From Akkermansia sp. (GTDB lineage Bacteria; Verrucomicrobiota; Verrucomicrobiia; Verrucomicrobiales; Akkermansiaceae): 64,000 bases of DNA. The notes beneath the pieces were generated by a model, which did not search any database, was not told the DNA's origin, and saw only the letters and a program-made list of their open reading frames with translations. Shown here in pieces: positions 62,687 to 64,000 of the stretch. The stretch is taken from NCBI GenBank assembly GCA_045644745.1, contig JAZRHL010000020.1, forward strand, positions 2,998-66,997, in the 5' to 3' direction. Every line of letters starts with the position of its first letter. Position 1 is the stretch's first letter. Made by a program: the position numbers and the translations under genes.

Positions 62687-63919
62687 ATGAAGATTCAGGA
62701 TAAGGAAGTTCCTACTGTGTTTCAGCGCAAGATCTGCTGGGCTGCCCTTACCGGTATCGCCCTGGCGGTAGTGATATTACTGGTGTGCAGCCTGTTGTTC
62801 GGGCTTGGTGCGTTGTTTGTGGCGCTGGAGCCGGTGCTTCTTCCTGTGGTGATTGCCGGATTTTTTGCTTACATCCTTTCTCCCTGTGTGGCGCTGGTGC
62901 AGAAGCGTATCACGAAGCGTGTGTGGGCTGTGACCACGGTGATGGCTGTGGCCGGTGTGCTGGTGGTGGGGCTGGGTCTCACTATTGTGCCGCCGCTGGT
63001 GAGCCAGACGGGTGAGCTTATCACCAAGCGTGAGCAGATTCTGGTGAGCGCGGTGGAAGGTGGCAGGGCTCAGCTGGAGGAGAATAGTCTGCTGCAGCGA
63101 GGCGTGGATATGCTTTACAGCAAGATGCTCAAGGATGCCCGAGCTTCGGAGCTGCCGGTGGAGGATTATGAGAACCTGTCGCAGGAAACAACATACGAAG
63201 GCAAACTGATTGCCATTCTGAGCTTTAATTCATCCTATCTTACGGAGAAAGCCTTGTCCTGGCTCACGGCGGGTACTCGCGCACTTTCCGGTTTGTCGAT
63301 GGCCTTTATCGGTGCTATCATGGTGCCTGTTTTCCTTTTCTATTTCCTGCTGGAAAGCGCCAGCATCGCCAAGAACTGGCACACAGTGCTGCCCATCCGT
63401 CGCTCTGCTTTCCGCGAGGAGGTGGTGGGCACGCTGCAGGAAATCAATAACTACATCATCTCCTTTGTGCGTGGGCAGATGCTGGTAAGTGTGATTGATG
63501 GTGTGATTCTGGCTATCGCGCTGAAGATTATGGGCTTACCGTATGCGGTGACTATTGCTGCCGCTGCTGCTCTGCTGGGTGTGATTCCCTATCTGGGCAT
63601 GATTGGTACCTGGATTCCGGCTGTGCTGATTGCCTGGTTCACCTGGCACGATGTGAGCCACATGGTCATCGTGAGCGTTATCTTCGGCTGCGTGAGCCAG
63701 TTCGACGGCTGGGTGCTGCAGCCGCGTATTCTGGGCAGCCGAGTGAAGATGCACGACCTTACCATCATGTTCTCCGTGCTGTTCTGGAGTTATGTTATTG
63801 GTGGTGTGGTAGGCGCTCTCCTTGCTGTGCCGCTCACAGCATCCATCAAAGTTCTCTTCACTCGCTATATTTGGTCCAGTTATCGCGTGATGGAAAAGGA
63901 TACTGTTGTAAAGGATTGA
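62687..63919 (+). CDS. AI-2E family transporter (PerM/YdiK-like permease)
   Basis: 410 aa, 8 TM pattern with a large internal loop. ...GLPYAVTIAAAAALLGVIPYLG... is typical of AI-2E proteins. Confidence 0.8.
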   Translation: MKIQDKEVPTVFQRKICWAALTGIALAVVILLVCSLLFGLGALFVALEPVLLPVVIAGFFAYILSPCVALVQKRITKRVWAVTTVMAVAGVLVVGLGLTIVPPLVSQTGELITKREQILVSAVEGGRAQLEENSLLQRGVDMLYSKMLKDARASELPVEDYENLSQETTYEGKLIAILSFNSSYLTEKALSWLTAGTRALSGLSMAFIGAIMVPVFLFYFLLESASIAKNWHTVLPIRRSAFREEVVGTLQEINNYIISFVRGQMLVSVIDGVILAIALKIMGLPYAVTIAAAAALLGVIPYLGMIGTWIPAVLIAWFTWHDVSHMVIVSVIFGCVSQFDGWVLQPRILGSRVKMHDLTIMFSVLFWSYVIGGVVGALLAVPLTASIKVLFTRYIWSSYRVMEKDTVVKD

Positions 63920-63958
63920 GAAATTATGCGTTTTATGGAGGTAGGTGGGAGATTTGAA

Positions 63959-64000
63959 ATGAAAAAGGTAATTTTCAGGGGTTGTGCGTTTCTATTGGCC
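63959..64000 (+). CDS. 5' end of an ORF with a signal-peptide-like start (runs off the window)
   Basis: ATG 63959: MKKVIFRGCAFLLA... Only 14 codons are visible. Confidence 0.3.
   Translation, partial: MKKVIFRGCAFLLA

Overview
The window is a GC-rich, gene-dense chromosomal segment from a Gram-negative (diderm) bacterium, shown by lpxA, an OMP with a C-terminal Phe, and Wza/Wzc-type export genes. The overall flavour is PVC/Verrucomicrobia-like, but taxonomy cannot be settled without a database search. About 60 CDS and 3 tRNAs are supportable, and most are housekeeping. They include an M16 peptidase, rpe, ahcY, folC, rubrerythrin, leuB, purD, ychF, dus, nrnA, truB, ribF, thiD, gatCA, coaX, acpP, ilvB, rpsO, lepA, rho, yebC, map and lpxA. 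There are also two M42 peptidases, three YkuD L,D-transpeptidases, an NfeD-flotillin pair and an AI-2E transporter. No CRISPR array, integrase, transposase, recognisable defence system or retroelement was seen. The most unusual structure is around folC. Two diverged four-helix-bundle genes (23S-rRNA-IVS protein / DGR-Avd family) sit as small AT-richer cassettes precisely in the ahcY-folC and folC-rbr junctions. One is enclosed by a 33-bp inverted repeat built from TTGAC(G/A)A heptamer arrays that contain the ahcY stop and the folC start. The other is flanked by a 70-bp direct repeat made of two hairpin terminators. A second window-wide signal is a recurring leaderless promoter geometry: a sigma70-like -35/-10 with the ATG only 6-11 nt after the -10, at 15 genes. 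Smaller oddities:
- a phage-like coiled-coil ORF plus a mini ribbon-helix-helix ORF next to a perfect 15-bp palindrome
- a Rho whose N-terminal helix bundle is replaced by a Q/N/K/R-rich tail
- a short OPX plus separate beta-barrel polysaccharide export module fused behind tRNA-Gly
- several AT-richer, probably acquired genes

All family calls come from motif recognition by eye, not from searches.
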